DNA of 64,000 bases, taken from an uncultured Rivularia sp. (GTDB lineage: Bacteria; Cyanobacteriota; Cyanobacteriia; Cyanobacteriales; Nostocaceae). Below the pieces are notes generated by a model. That model was not told the origin of the DNA, searched no databases, and saw only the letters and a program-made list of their open reading frames with translations. Both the position numbers and the translations under genes were made by a program. Of the stretch, positions 30,074-41,100 are shown piece after piece (positions within the stretch are counted from its first letter, which is position 1; every line of letters starts with the position of its first letter). Where the stretch lies: NCBI GenBank assembly GCA_963665115.1, contig OY762007.1, forward strand, positions 5,920,001-5,984,000. Reading direction: 5' to 3'.

Positions 30074-32941
30074 CTATGCTTCTTGCTCTGCTCGATTTAA
30101 GCAAGCATTTAATTTTTCTGCATAAACTTGGATGTGGGGTTCTGCATGATAAGTGTTGTGTCTTCCGGGAACCTCGATAACTTCAATCCCACCCTTAACC
30201 CAATCATTCCAGCCATTGGGTTGCATCGGGTCAAAATGAGAGCCGAAATGTTGTCGATTTTCTGCCGCAGAAAAATAAATAACCCGTCCCGAATAGATTT
30301 TGGGAAGATGATTAATAATAACTTGCCAGTTGGCTTCAGAAACTTTTAAAATATTCTCAATTATATTGTCACTCAATCCATATTTTCGGAATTTCTCTCG
30401 TTTCTTCTCCTTTCCAAAAGATTGCCAACTTGTCCATCTTTGTATTTTGTCTTCGTCTGTAATTAAGGGATTTAGACTATCTGCCATAGCCACTAACAAA
30501 ACTTGCTGACCCTGCTTTTCTAATTGTTGAGCCATTTCAAAGGCAATATTACCTCCGATACATACACCGCCTAGAAGATAGGGACCTTGAGATTGGACGG
30601 TTTGAATCTCCTGGATGTAGTAGTCTACTATATCTTCGATACAGGTATGGGGTGCTGCTTCACCATCGAGTCCTACTGCTTTTAGAGCATAAAGGGGACG
30701 CTCCGGATCGAGGTAACGTGCCAACTGTCCGAAACCGCCCCTACCTTTGATGGCATGGACGTAAAAGAAAGGTAGCTTGCTTCCCGTGGGGCGGATAGTA
30801 ACCAAAGAACGAGAGCCGAGATTGTCCCAGTATTGTTGGTTGATTCGACGGGCAAGTTGGACGACGGTTTTGGCTTCGGCTAAACTTGCTAATGGAATTT
30901 TTAGACCGAATGATTTTTCAATTTCCGTCACCACAACTGCTGCTTTGACGGAATCCCCTCCTAACTCGAAAAAGTTGTCATTTCGCTTAACTGACTCAAT
31001 TTCCAAAACCTGTTGCCAAATTTCTGCCAACAGAATCTCTAGCTCATTCTGGGGAGCGTCGCTCGGCTGACTTGATACCTTGTCTTCAATAGTCCAACTT
31101 GCCAAACTGTTTAAGCTGCCCTCCAAAAATGCTTTTCGACAAACTTGACGCTGAATTTTACCGCTAGAGGTTTTAAAAATACTGCCTCGTTTAAGCAGCA
31201 CAACGCCATAAATGGGTAACTCATAGTGTTCGGCAACCCCACTGCGAATAGCACTCACTACTTTTTCAACATCCAGATTTTGACTGGCACCACGCTCAAC
31301 CTCAAATGCTATAACTAATTGCTCAACTCCATCAACTTTGATGGAAAATGCAGCCCCATACCCCGGACGCAACGCCGGATGGCTCTTTTCCACCAGCCAC
31401 TCAATATCCTGGGGATAGTAATTCTCGCCGCGAATGATTATCAAATCCTTGAGACGACCTGTCACAAACAGTTCCCCATCCCGAACAAATCCCAAATCCC
31501 CCGTCCGCAAAAACGGTCCCTTTCCTGTGTCTGCCAAACGCGCCCCAAAGGTTTCTTCACTCACCTCCGGACGCTGCCAGTAACCCCGCGCCATTCCCGC
31601 ACTCGCCACCCAAATTTCCCCTACCTCATCTGGGGCGCAGCGCGTTAATGTTTGGGGATGAACAATCGCCACTTGGGTATTCCCTGAAAACCGTCCCGAA
31701 CTCACCCACCGCTGTCCCGTCGCCGACTCGACCACGCGGTTTTGTGCCAAAGCTTGCGCCGACAGCCGACAAAACACCGGCTCCATCCCTTTCCGACTCA
31801 TCGTTACCATCAGCGTTGCCTCCGCCAATCCATAACCCAAGGCAAACGCCTGACGGCGAAACCCGCAGGAAGCGAAAGCTTGACTAAATTGGTCGATAAC
31901 CTCGGGATTAATTGGTTCTGCACCATTCCCCGCCGCTTCCCAACTGCTCAAATCCAGCGTCGCCCGTTCCTCCGATGCAATCCGCCGCAAGCAGTAAGCA
32001 TAGGCAAAATTTGGCGCTTGGCTGTGGGTAGCACGATACCGGGAAATCGCTTGCAGCCAGCGGAGCGGCTGTTTGATAAACCCCATCGGCGACATCAAAT
32101 AACAAGGCGTGCCGTTGTAAATTGGTGCGAGAATCCCTTCCACCAGCCCGTAATCGTGAAAATAGGGCATCCAGGTGACGGTGATGCTGTTGGCATCGTA
32201 ACCACCCGCCTGTTGCAGTTCGGCTAAATGACCCATGAGATTATTGCCATCGAGCATCACCCCTTTGGGGGTAGAGGTGGAGCCAGAAGTATATTGTAGG
32301 TAGGCGAGAGTGTCGCCGTTGATGTCCGGTTCTTGCCATTGGTTAGCAAGGCAATCAGGAATTTTATCGGTTGCCGCCCAAGGAAGCTGGGCAAGATGTG
32401 GGATTGACTGGTCGATGTCGGCATTCATGAGAGAATAGTGAAGGAACAGCGACGGTTTGCCGTTGAGCGGTCGAACAATACTGCGGGCGGTGAAGGTAAA
32501 CGAGTTATTGTCGCGGTTGGCAACCAGTGGGGCAGTGGTGAGAACCAGAGAAGCTCCAGCATCAGCAGCAATTGCTTCTAACCGAGGGAGGGTGCGTTTG
32601 AGCCGCGCTGTTAGGAGTCCGGGAGCGGGAATGGCAACGACTCCAGCGTACAGGCAACCGAAAAAGGCGGCGATCGCATCTAAGCTTTGGGGATAGACAA
32701 GTAAAACCCTTTCTCCAATGTTAAGCTGCGCTTGTAGGTAAGCAGCAATAGCTTTAGCTTTTTCGTCTAATTGCCGGTACGTCAGGCTGGTGGGTGAGGT
32801 GCCATTTTCCAGGAACGTAAAGGCGACACGGTTGGGGTGTTCGCTGGCGCGGCGTTGTAGAAGATTGACAATCGAAACTTCCCTTTCATCTCGATATTGC
32901 TGGGTACTACTTTCTAAAAGCTGATGTTCTAAATATGACAT
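30074..32941 (-). CDS. Fatty acyl-AMP ligase - ACP/PCP - thioesterase fusion (likely start ATG 32941)
   Basis: YLQYTSGST, WMPYFHDYGL, GYGLAEATL, RTGDLG, KTSSGK; carrier FFELGGDSV; TE GVCIGG and VPGRH. Confidence 0.9.
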   Translation of the reverse strand: MSYLEHQLLESSTQQYRDEREVSIVNLLQRRASEHPNRVAFTFLENGTSPTSLTYRQLDEKAKAIAAYLQAQLNIGERVLLVYPQSLDAIAAFFGCLYAGVVAIPAPGLLTARLKRTLPRLEAIAADAGASLVLTTAPLVANRDNNSFTFTARSIVRPLNGKPSLFLHYSLMNADIDQSIPHLAQLPWAATDKIPDCLANQWQEPDINGDTLAYLQYTSGSTSTPKGVMLDGNNLMGHLAELQQAGGYDANSITVTWMPYFHDYGLVEGILAPIYNGTPCYLMSPMGFIKQPLRWLQAISRYRATHSQAPNFAYAYCLRRIASEERATLDLSSWEAAGNGAEPINPEVIDQFSQAFASCGFRRQAFALGYGLAEATLMVTMSRKGMEPVFCRLSAQALAQNRVVESATGQRWVSSGRFSGNTQVAIVHPQTLTRCAPDEVGEIWVASAGMARGYWQRPEVSEETFGARLADTGKGPFLRTGDLGFVRDGELFVTGRLKDLIIIRGENYYPQDIEWLVEKSHPALRPGYGAAFSIKVDGVEQLVIAFEVERGASQNLDVEKVVSAIRSGVAEHYELPIYGVVLLKRGSIFKTSSGKIQRQVCRKAFLEGSLNSLASWTIEDKVSSQPSDAPQNELEILLAEIWQQVLEIESVKRNDNFFELGGDSVKAAVVVTEIEKSFGLKIPLASLAEAKTVVQLARRINQQYWDNLGSRSLVTIRPTGSKLPFFYVHAIKGRGGFGQLARYLDPERPLYALKAVGLDGEAAPHTCIEDIVDYYIQEIQTVQSQGPYLLGGVCIGGNIAFEMAQQLEKQGQQVLLVAMADSLNPLITDEDKIQRWTSWQSFGKEKKREKFRKYGLSDNIIENILKVSEANWQVIINHLPKIYSGRVIYFSAAENRQHFGSHFDPMQPNGWNDWVKGGIEVIEVPGRHNTYHAEPHIQVYAEKLNACLNRAEQEA

Positions 32942-32946
32942 TTTAT

Positions 32947-33190
32947 ATTCCTCATTCAACATCAACCTTGATTGCTTCATTCGCACTTCCACAGTTTTTA
33001 GGTCTTGAGTATTATATAACTTAACTCAAGCTTCCCAAGGGTGACAAACACTGACAATATAATCTTGAATATATTCAAGCAACAAGTAATTTGCAAGATT
33101 GCGAGTAAATTATAAGAGTAAAATTATTAACAAGCAAACAGAGATAAGAAGTAAGGCTAGACGTATAGTTAATGTCAGTAGAGGTAAACT
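32947..33190 (-). pseudogene. Decayed 3' fragment of a GT2 gene paralogous to 21173..22168
   Basis: Nucleotide similarity to 21173-21420 (gagtattatataactt, aatcttgaatatattcaa, gagtaaatt, gataagaag, agacgtatag). Confidence 0.75.
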
Positions 33191-33601
33191 TCGATAACCG
33201 TGATATCAAATATTTTAGGTATTTTATTTGACGTTTAATATTTGCATGGATACTTCGTTGATAAAAGATGTTGTGAATTAGAAGTTTTGCGGATTGGCGA
33301 TAAGCCAAAAGTTTAGAATATTAAGAAAGCGAATAGAGATAAAGCACCCGTTCCCAAACAATTTGAGCGAGCCGTACATCTAAACAATTTCCAAGTGCTG
33401 CTCGGCGATCGCGATTAACTCCGTTGCCGATAATATTCCCAGTGCTGCAAGATTTACTGTTTTTTCTACATACTCTTGTAAAACCGCAAAATAGTCTTAT
33501 ACCAGTCTGTGCATTTCTAGCATTCGTGTATTTTCTCTTCTCTTTAGCAATTAATTCTTTAATTTCTGCATCAGCTTCAAGTCTAGTGATAAGTATTTAT
33601 A

Positions 33602-33985
33602 TCACACTAAAAATATTAATTTACTAATCACCTGTTTTCGCTCTTCCCTTGTCATACCTCCAATAAGTGATTCAACGACCTTTATTTTTTCATCAGTTGT
33701 CAATTTATGTAAATGCGCTAGCGCCTCTTCACCTAAAAGTAGCTCCCTTTTATCTACAGTTTGTCTTCCATTCAAAATTGCCAGTAATTCTTCTACTGAA
33801 TATTCTGTTTGAGGCGCAATCAGCGTCACAGTATCAATTGTTGGCATATGCACGCACTTTTCAATCCGAGAAATAGTTGCTTTATTTACACCAACAATTT
33901 TGGCGTATTCACGTAAACTTAAATGACCTCGCGAACGCTTAACAATCTCTCCGAATTTTTCCAAACCCAGTCGCTTACTTTTCAT
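33602..33985 (-). CDS. XRE-family HTH transcriptional regulator
   Basis: LSLREYAKIVGVNKATISRIE...P. Confidence 0.85.
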   Translation of the reverse strand: MKSKRLGLEKFGEIVKRSRGHLSLREYAKIVGVNKATISRIEKCVHMPTIDTVTLIAPQTEYSVEELLAILNGRQTVDKRELLLGEEALAHLHKLTTDEKIKVVESLIGGMTREERKQVISKLIFLV

Positions 33986-34890
33986 TCTTCGGTTCGTGTG
34001 TCAGTAAACAGGATTCAGTTCCTTCATAAATACATTAATTCGCCTTTAAGTGCAATATTGCTACACTATATAGTTGCCTTTCGCATAGTCATATATATAC
34101 ACATATAAACTATCTACTTAGTTTGAGTTAGTATCACGTATCAGACAAGCAATCGAGCAAAAGCTAGGGGAGTGCTTGTATCCTGGTACGTTAACTAGCC
34201 TTGGTTGAACTACGCAACCCTTTATCCCCTGGCTAAAAGCATCGGGGAATTCTTTTCTCAAGATGTTGTACGAACCGTTGATATCGGCATTTATTAAGCC
34301 AGATTTGGAACGATACAAACCACGTTTGATTCTTACACCACTTGGTTTCCAATTTGGTGGGACCTGTCCATAATTGGGAATATCATCAAGTTCGAGAAAA
34401 CTTGCCTTGCTGGTATAAGATTCTTCGCGTATGTCGACTTTTATTCCCGCTAATAATCCTTTGTAAGTTAACATATCAACAAATTTTTTATGAGGCAAAG
34501 AAACGAATTTTTGATTGCTTCGTTTACCCATATTGCAACGTAATTTCCAGTCTGGATTTAAACCAATTACTAAAGTGCCGATATCCGAATCTTTGAGAGT
34601 GGAGATTAGTAATCTTGATGCTCTATGAAGGTAAGAATCAATTTGATGATTCCTTCTACGAGTCATCAATTCCATTTGATTTGACCAATCCAAACTATGT
34701 AATTTTTTGTTGATACTACGTAACTTCGAGATAAATTTGTTATAGCGATTGTTAATTGATTTTATCGGTCTGCCATTAATAAGAATCGGAACGAATCCGG
34801 GCTTATTTGAAGTTACAGCCGCAATCGTATTAACCCCTAAATCAATCGCTGCAATATAATTATTATCTGTATTTACTACATCAATACTTT

Positions 34891-37056
34891 GTATCCCCTC
34901 AAAATTTCGGGGTATCGGCTGTCTTGAATGTCAACTACGATAAAAAAAAGCAGCGGCGCAACTGGGGAACCGCTACGCTGATTTGACGGTACCAGGTAGG
35001 GGCAGATAGATTTTACATAGGCACAGAAAATAATCGTGCCCCCACCTGGCACTCCGCTGTCGCCGCCAAATCTTCCCCAGTTGCTGGATCTCTCGTGAGA
35101 GCAACAAATAAATAAAAATAATCAAAATCAAGAAATTGATTAATAGCGGAAGTTGCAAATAAGGTAAATTGTAAATATGCTATCAAAGTAACTAAAAAAG
35201 TTTCAATCGCTTATAAAAACTATGAAGAAATAGATGTGGTTAATCCATGCACTTTACAGTATTCTACAACCAAGGATATGAGGGTTTAGCACAGTCTTAA
35301 TATACAGGGGTGTTATTGAGGCATCCATGACCAACCATAGGAATTAGAAGAAGATTTCTTCCGAATAATTGTCCCCAAAGATGGAATATTTTCAACTTGA
35401 GAAATGCGGTCACGCATATACTCATAAAAACTGATACCCAACTTACGAGTAGTGTCAACAAGGGACATAAAAACATCCCACGCTTTTGTGCCTTGTTTTG
35501 TCTGGGTTGCGTAACTGATGTTACGTCGTTGTACCATAGTCCTAGCAGCTAATTCGGCAGGGTTGTTATGCAATAGTAATTCTGGATGCTCCAACACGAG
35601 AAGCAACTCGTTTACTTTCAAAGTAGTTAATCGTTTTCGCTCATCTAACTGTTGATAACCACTTTTTTCTGTAAAAAGTGTCCAAAATTCCATTTCTAGT
35701 TCGTGAGCTTTATCCCAACTTGGAGAATCTCGATAAGATAATAATTTTCTGTAATATTCCCAGAATCTTTCTAGAAAATTATCTAAAAGTTTTTGATGGC
35801 AAGGTATAAGCGGACTTAATTTCTTATAATGTCGTCCTTCATGCACCCAACAAAGAGCCAAATCCGATGTTATTAACTTGAACTGCGGAGCATCATCGCA
35901 TACTAGAGTTGTAATTACTGGTACAGTTGATTGCTGATGATAAAAAGCAATTGCTGCCGATTCATATATGCGAGAACGGTGTTGAGAACCAAGTCTACTT
36001 AAGTACTCACCAATCAAAAAATTAAACTCAGTTTCGGTAAAAGCCTTCTGTTGAGATAGTAATTTTAGTTTATTAACCCACTTAATTGGAACTTTAAAAG
36101 TCTCCAAAAGTTCATAGGTCATCTCGTTGAGAACAAAGGAGAGTTCGGTTGTGTTTTGAAATACTTTTAATACAGTCAAACGGTCTTTGTATCGCGTTGT
36201 TTGGTAAATTGTGTACAAGGGGTTACAAATCACATTTGTTGTATGGTTCACTCCTGCAACACGCGCACCTGTTTGGTCAAAGTGTTGCCAAGGACTGCTG
36301 GCTAACCCTTCCTTGTATACTTCTTCGTATTCAGCTTCAAAATATTCTTGGTTTTTAATTAATAAATTTGATATTGTTCCTGCACTAATCGAGATACCAA
36401 TATCTTCTAAAAATTCTAATAACTTCCCTTGGGTCATGTTTCCACCATAATATAGACTCATGACCAAAGCTTTTACTCCTGGACCAAATTCACCTTCGTA
36501 ACCTGTTGGTAGTTCCGCTAAATAAGTTTTTCCTGTTTCTGGTGAGTAGTATTTTTGCTTGCGGAACAGTATGTTATCTGGCTTAAGTAAAATGTCTTGG
36601 ACTACTACTTCCTCATAACCCTTGAACTGTGCGTCTGCTGGTAATTGTTCTTGTGGGTAAACTACAATCTCTTCTCGGTTTATCTTGATAGACTCGTTTT
36701 TACTTGCTTTACTGTGTTCTTTTGCTATTTTTCGTTCTTTTTCTGATGAATAGTTTTTCTTAAACCCTTTGTTTTTATTCGCTTTGATGTCTGGTTTACC
36801 TTGTTCACCTTTTAAGCGGTTGTTTTCATCACGTAGTTTTTGATTTTCTTCTTCTAATTCTTTGATTTTTACATTTAGCTGTTCTATTAAGTTGAGTAAT
36901 ACTTCTACCGTTTGACGCACGTCCTCGTCTGCAATCTGTTTTGGGTCGATTGATTGCAATAATGCTGTGACTAATTTTTTAGATGATCGTTTTTGCGTCA
37001 TGCTTCATATTCTACGACGCAAGGTGTACCTTTACCCCATTTTTTTGAGCGGATAC
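34891..37056 (-). mobile_element. IS66-like insertion sequence, 2166 bp, with 8-bp TSD
   Basis: IRs GTATCCCCTCAAAATTTCGGGGTA / TACCCCATTTTTTTGAGCGGATAC; TSD AATACTTT at 34883-34890 and 37057-37064. Confidence 0.9.
35313..37001 (-). CDS. IS66-like DDE transposase
   Basis: N-terminal coiled coil; DQTG, DDAPQF, LCWVH, HNNPAELAAR. Confidence 0.85.
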   Translation of the reverse strand: MTQKRSSKKLVTALLQSIDPKQIADEDVRQTVEVLLNLIEQLNVKIKELEEENQKLRDENNRLKGEQGKPDIKANKNKGFKKNYSSEKERKIAKEHSKASKNESIKINREEIVVYPQEQLPADAQFKGYEEVVVQDILLKPDNILFRKQKYYSPETGKTYLAELPTGYEGEFGPGVKALVMSLYYGGNMTQGKLLEFLEDIGISISAGTISNLLIKNQEYFEAEYEEVYKEGLASSPWQHFDQTGARVAGVNHTTNVICNPLYTIYQTTRYKDRLTVLKVFQNTTELSFVLNEMTYELLETFKVPIKWVNKLKLLSQQKAFTETEFNFLIGEYLSRLGSQHRSRIYESAAIAFYHQQSTVPVITTLVCDDAPQFKLITSDLALCWVHEGRHYKKLSPLIPCHQKLLDNFLERFWEYYRKLLSYRDSPSWDKAHELEMEFWTLFTEKSGYQQLDERKRLTTLKVNELLLVLEHPELLLHNNPAELAARTMVQRRNISYATQTKQGTKAWDVFMSLVDTTRKLGISFYEYMRDRISQVENIPSLGTIIRKKSSSNSYGWSWMPQ

Positions 37057-37832
37057 AATACTTTGTTTAACTGTATAAATTACTTCAATTATATAACAAC
37101 CAGTTGCTGGTATAATCCGCACGCAGTCATAATTATTTGAATGTTTGGATTGAATGCGAATGTTCGTTTTGTATAAGTGAATTATTCCATTTCTTTTCGC
37201 TTTTTTATAAGCTCTTGTGTGAGGATAAGTAACTTTATAACGTCCGGTGTTACGTGGTTTATATTTTGGTGGTTTTGGTCTACCAGTAAAACCACTTTTA
37301 TCCAGTTTCCATTGTTTTATTCCCTTAAAAAAGCTTGTCCATTCTTCATTAACTGATTTCATCACCTGTTGAGCTAGAAATGCAGGTAAGTTATGGTAAC
37401 AAGCTGTTTGTTTCATTAATGAGTCGATATTTTTGTGTAATTCCGTTTTGCCGAACTTAATTACACCATGACCATAAAACCATGATTGACGTTGTATATA
37501 AAGCCCTTGGTTGCGAATGATATTGGCATTCAAACAAACTTGGTCGCATTCAGACCAATATTTATGGGATTTATTTATGACGTGTTTTTCTACGAGCTGC
37601 ATGGTTGTATTGCAACATATCGAACCAAACCCTATACATTAAACATGATTATTGAGTCGTAAGTACATTGCACGTAACAAAAATCATTATTAACATCCGC
37701 AGTAGTGGAGTAACGCCGATATTTGATTATATTTGTATATATTTTTTGCGAAGTTATGCAATACCCCTGCTACGTCTTTCTATATATTGACTTGACCTTT
37801 TATTAAAATATAAAAAAATAATTCTTTTCTTG

Positions 37833-37861
37833 CTGACAATACACCTATAGAGGTGTATCAT
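37833..37861 (+). promoter_or_regulatory. Sigma70-like promoter with palindromic operator ATACACCTATAGAGGTGTAT
   Basis: CTGACA-17 bp-TATCAT; operator fills the spacer; upstream of primase operon. Confidence 0.65.
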
Positions 37862-38136
37862 GTTATCAACTAAATAAAAAGCGTTGAAGTCAAGAGATTT
37901 GAAATAAGTTATCACAAGGATATGCATCGTTGTGTAATAGCTACTTTTGATTGCATTACATTTTTGCGGGTGTATGCTTTGTTTTCTACTTGGATAAACA
38001 GAATATATCTATGCCTCTTGGCGCGGACTTGTTGTTATGGTTGATTACAAGAGCCAGAAAAAACTAAAAAGATATTACCCGTCTTGAATGCAATGGACGA
38101 GCTATAGGTGCTTTAACCAGTTCTAGGTTAAAAAAT

Positions 38137-41100
38137 ATGGATGATTTCAATAAATCTGTAAACTTACTATACGATGATAGGTTTGACATTCGCAATTATG
38201 TAGAGAGATTAATTCCAACTGGACAAAAAAATCGATTTGTATGCCCAGTTTGTAACGGCTCTAATCTCACAATTCAATCCGAAACTGGTGCATACCAGTG
38301 TTGGAATGGCTGTGAAGTCGCTGATATTCGTCAAGCAATCGCTCCAACTGAAAAAACTACAAATTTTCTTCACAAGTCAAAGAGAAAACCTTCCAAAGAA
38401 AAACCGAAAAAAACTATTAACATACCAAGTGGAGCGACTTTGTTAATAGCGGCGGAATTAAGCGACATTCCAAAGCCTAAACCTTTGACACCTAAACGAC
38501 CAAAAGGAGTACCCCAACATTCCACCCAAACCACCTACTACTACTCCGATGACCAATGGGTAATTCGCTTTCAGTGGGAAGATAGCAGTAAGGCAAAGGG
38601 ATACGATAAAACATTTCGTCAATACAATCGTTTACCTGACGGAACCGTAGAGATGAAGAAAGGCGATCGCCCCTGGATGGCTTACCGTCTTGATGAAGTT
38701 TTGGCACATATTAATGATGTAGAAGTTCCTGCCGTTCTCTGGGGTGAAGGCGAAAAATGCGTAGAGATTGCCCGTAGCGATGGCATTTTATCGTTAACGT
38801 TGCAAGGAAGCGCCTGGAATAAAGCGGATATTGTGCGCTCTCTTGAACCAATAGCTAAAGCTAATTCTCGATGCGTGCAGGTGTTTATTGCTGACACAGA
38901 TGCCACGGGTGAGAAAAAAGCTAAGACTTTTAGTGATGCCTGTGCTGAGGTTGAATTACCGTGCTTGGTCATATCTCCTGAAATGTTTGAGGTAGAGGGG
39001 GACATAGAGCAAATACTTGACAGTATGGAAACCCCTGAGTTTATCAAGAGGCTGGAAGACGAGATACAGGCTGCTGCGTTCAAGAAAGAAGTCGAGGAAG
39101 GGTTAGAAGAAGAGTTAAAACAATTAAGCCCGAAAAAGACCCTGAATCAGCAAGCATTTGAGGTATTCTTCGGCGACCGTCCTTGGATATGTGCTGATAG
39201 CAAACTTTATCGCTGGGAAGGAAATTGTTACAAGTTAGTACATGATGACGAGTTAATTCCCCCGATTAGTGCATTTTGTAATCAGTTTGCAGTTGAAAAA
39301 CGCGGAGAAATTATCTACCCCCATGCAAACACTCGCAGCGTCAAAGAAGTTTTAAGTTGGGCTAAGCTTCGCTTGACTGTTCCTGTTGAGCGGTTGAATC
39401 CACCCGGAATTAATTGCACTAACGGTATAGTCCGTATTAAGTGGGAGGGTAATGTACCAACTGTTGAATTACAACCTCATAGTCCAGACTACTTTTATAC
39501 TTATTCGCCATTGGTTGCTTACGATCCATTTGCAGACGATACTCATTGCGATCGCCTTTTGCAGTCTCTTGACCCAGAACAACAAGAAGTACTCTTGAGA
39601 AATCTTGCTGCCTCAATCGACTTACCGACGATTCGCAGGATTCGCGGTAGGGAAGTTAAGGTACTGTTGCTCTCTGGATTAGGTAGCAATGGTAAAGATT
39701 CTTTGCGTGAAGTGGTTAGCACTATTTGGGGTGATGAGGGAATGACCTCTTGTTCCTTGGCTGATTTCGCCAGCTATGACGATGGGCGTAAATTTAGTTT
39801 AGCTCCATTGATGGCGAGTAGGATAAATTGGGCTTCTGAAAATCCCCAAACTAGCCGATTGGATAAAATCCAGGCGCTAAAGTTATTCGTCACTGGTAAT
39901 AAGCTGCACGCCGAAAGAAAGGGTAAAGACCACATTGAATTTACTCCGAAAGCAACTGGGTTATTCAACGTCAATGAAGCTCCCAGTTTACAAGGAACGA
40001 TGCAGGCAATTTTAGACCGCATAGCCGTCTTGCAATTCCGCAAAACCTTTAAAAGTAAGCCTGACACCAGAAATCCAAACGAGTTGTTAGCTGACCCGCG
40101 CTTTGCATACGACCCGGATTTCATTCGTACTGAAGTAGCACCAGCATTTTTAAACAGAATGCTCAAAGCGTTAGTTGACTTGTGCGCTGATGGGATTGAT
40201 TACGAATGTACTGAAGATGCATTTAAAGATATTCAGAAAGCTAACAATCATCTATTCCAATTCTGTGAGGATGTTGATTTGGAGGCAATCGCCGGACAAG
40301 AATTGACAGCTAAGGAAATCTGGCAGGTTTTGGAACAGTGGTACATTGACCAGGGTACTTTAAACATTGCCGAGAATGGTAAGCGCCAATGGGTTGACCA
40401 AGCAAAGCCTGGTGACAAGAATGTTAAAGGGCTTAACCAGGTCATTGCTCGTATTTCTCAACTCTTCCCCCAAGCTAAAAGAGGGACTCGCTACTGTTCG
40501 CTTTCTCACCGCAGTGTTCCGATTCTCACTGGAGTAGGCTTTAGTAAACCTGTTCTAGAATCACCACCTCAGTCTATTGTTGCAGAGTCAGTGGCAACTC
40601 AGTCTGAAAAAGTGCCAGAGCAGTCTAAGCCCGCAGTAGCAGAAGAAGTAGCAACTCAGCTTGAAACTCCTCAGCCAAGTCAATTGACGGTTCCATCAAA
40701 ACCTCAGCAATTACAAAAATTGACTGATGAAGAGTGGCTCTTTGCAGCAAATAGCTTGGAAAAAATAAATCCAGCCGAGCAATTATTATTTCGTTTGGCT
40801 AACAATTCCGTTGCTAAAAGTCATGTCACTTGGCAGAAATTCAAAGATGAATTGGGTAGTCCCTCCAAGATGCTCAAAAAAATTGAGCAATGTCGAAAAA
40901 CGCCTGAACAAGAACACATTGTTGATGAGTTATATGACGGAATGTTAGCTCAGCTACTCTTTGAGCATATTGAGTTGACTGGCGATCGCACTGATTTGGA
41001 GTTAGTTCCTGACTTTATTCGCGACCAATTCAATGAGTTAGTAAGAGAATTTGAGCAGCAAAAATTCAAAAAAGGTCAACAAGTAAAGTTTGAAGGTGAA

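Larger units (their letters stand above)
34118..37602 (-). pseudogene. tnpB: IS200/IS605-family TnpB (no tnpA seen), interrupted by IS66-like element
   Basis: N-term MQLVEKHVI...GRPKPPKY; rejoined across insert gives KQSI-DVVNTDNNYIAAIDLGVN; REESYTSK; NADING. Confidence 0.9.

Noticed and set aside
30128..32696. Several plus-strand ORFs opposite the FAAL gene (also 17000-17575)
   Set aside because: Antisense shadows of GC-rich coding sequence with no motifs
30074..32941. Olefin synthase or NRPS/PKS assembly line
   Set aside because: No KS, AT, KR or condensation domains; sulfotransferases are separate TPR-fused proteins
32942..32992. N-terminal extension MEVRMKQSRLMLNEE of the FAAL ORF
   Set aside because: It is the decayed GT2 C-terminus; ATG 32941 has its own RBS
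33322..33344. Partial match AAGAAAGCGAATAGAGATAAAG to the putative TnpB guide
   Set aside because: Needs mismatches and a gap in purine-rich sequence; likely chance
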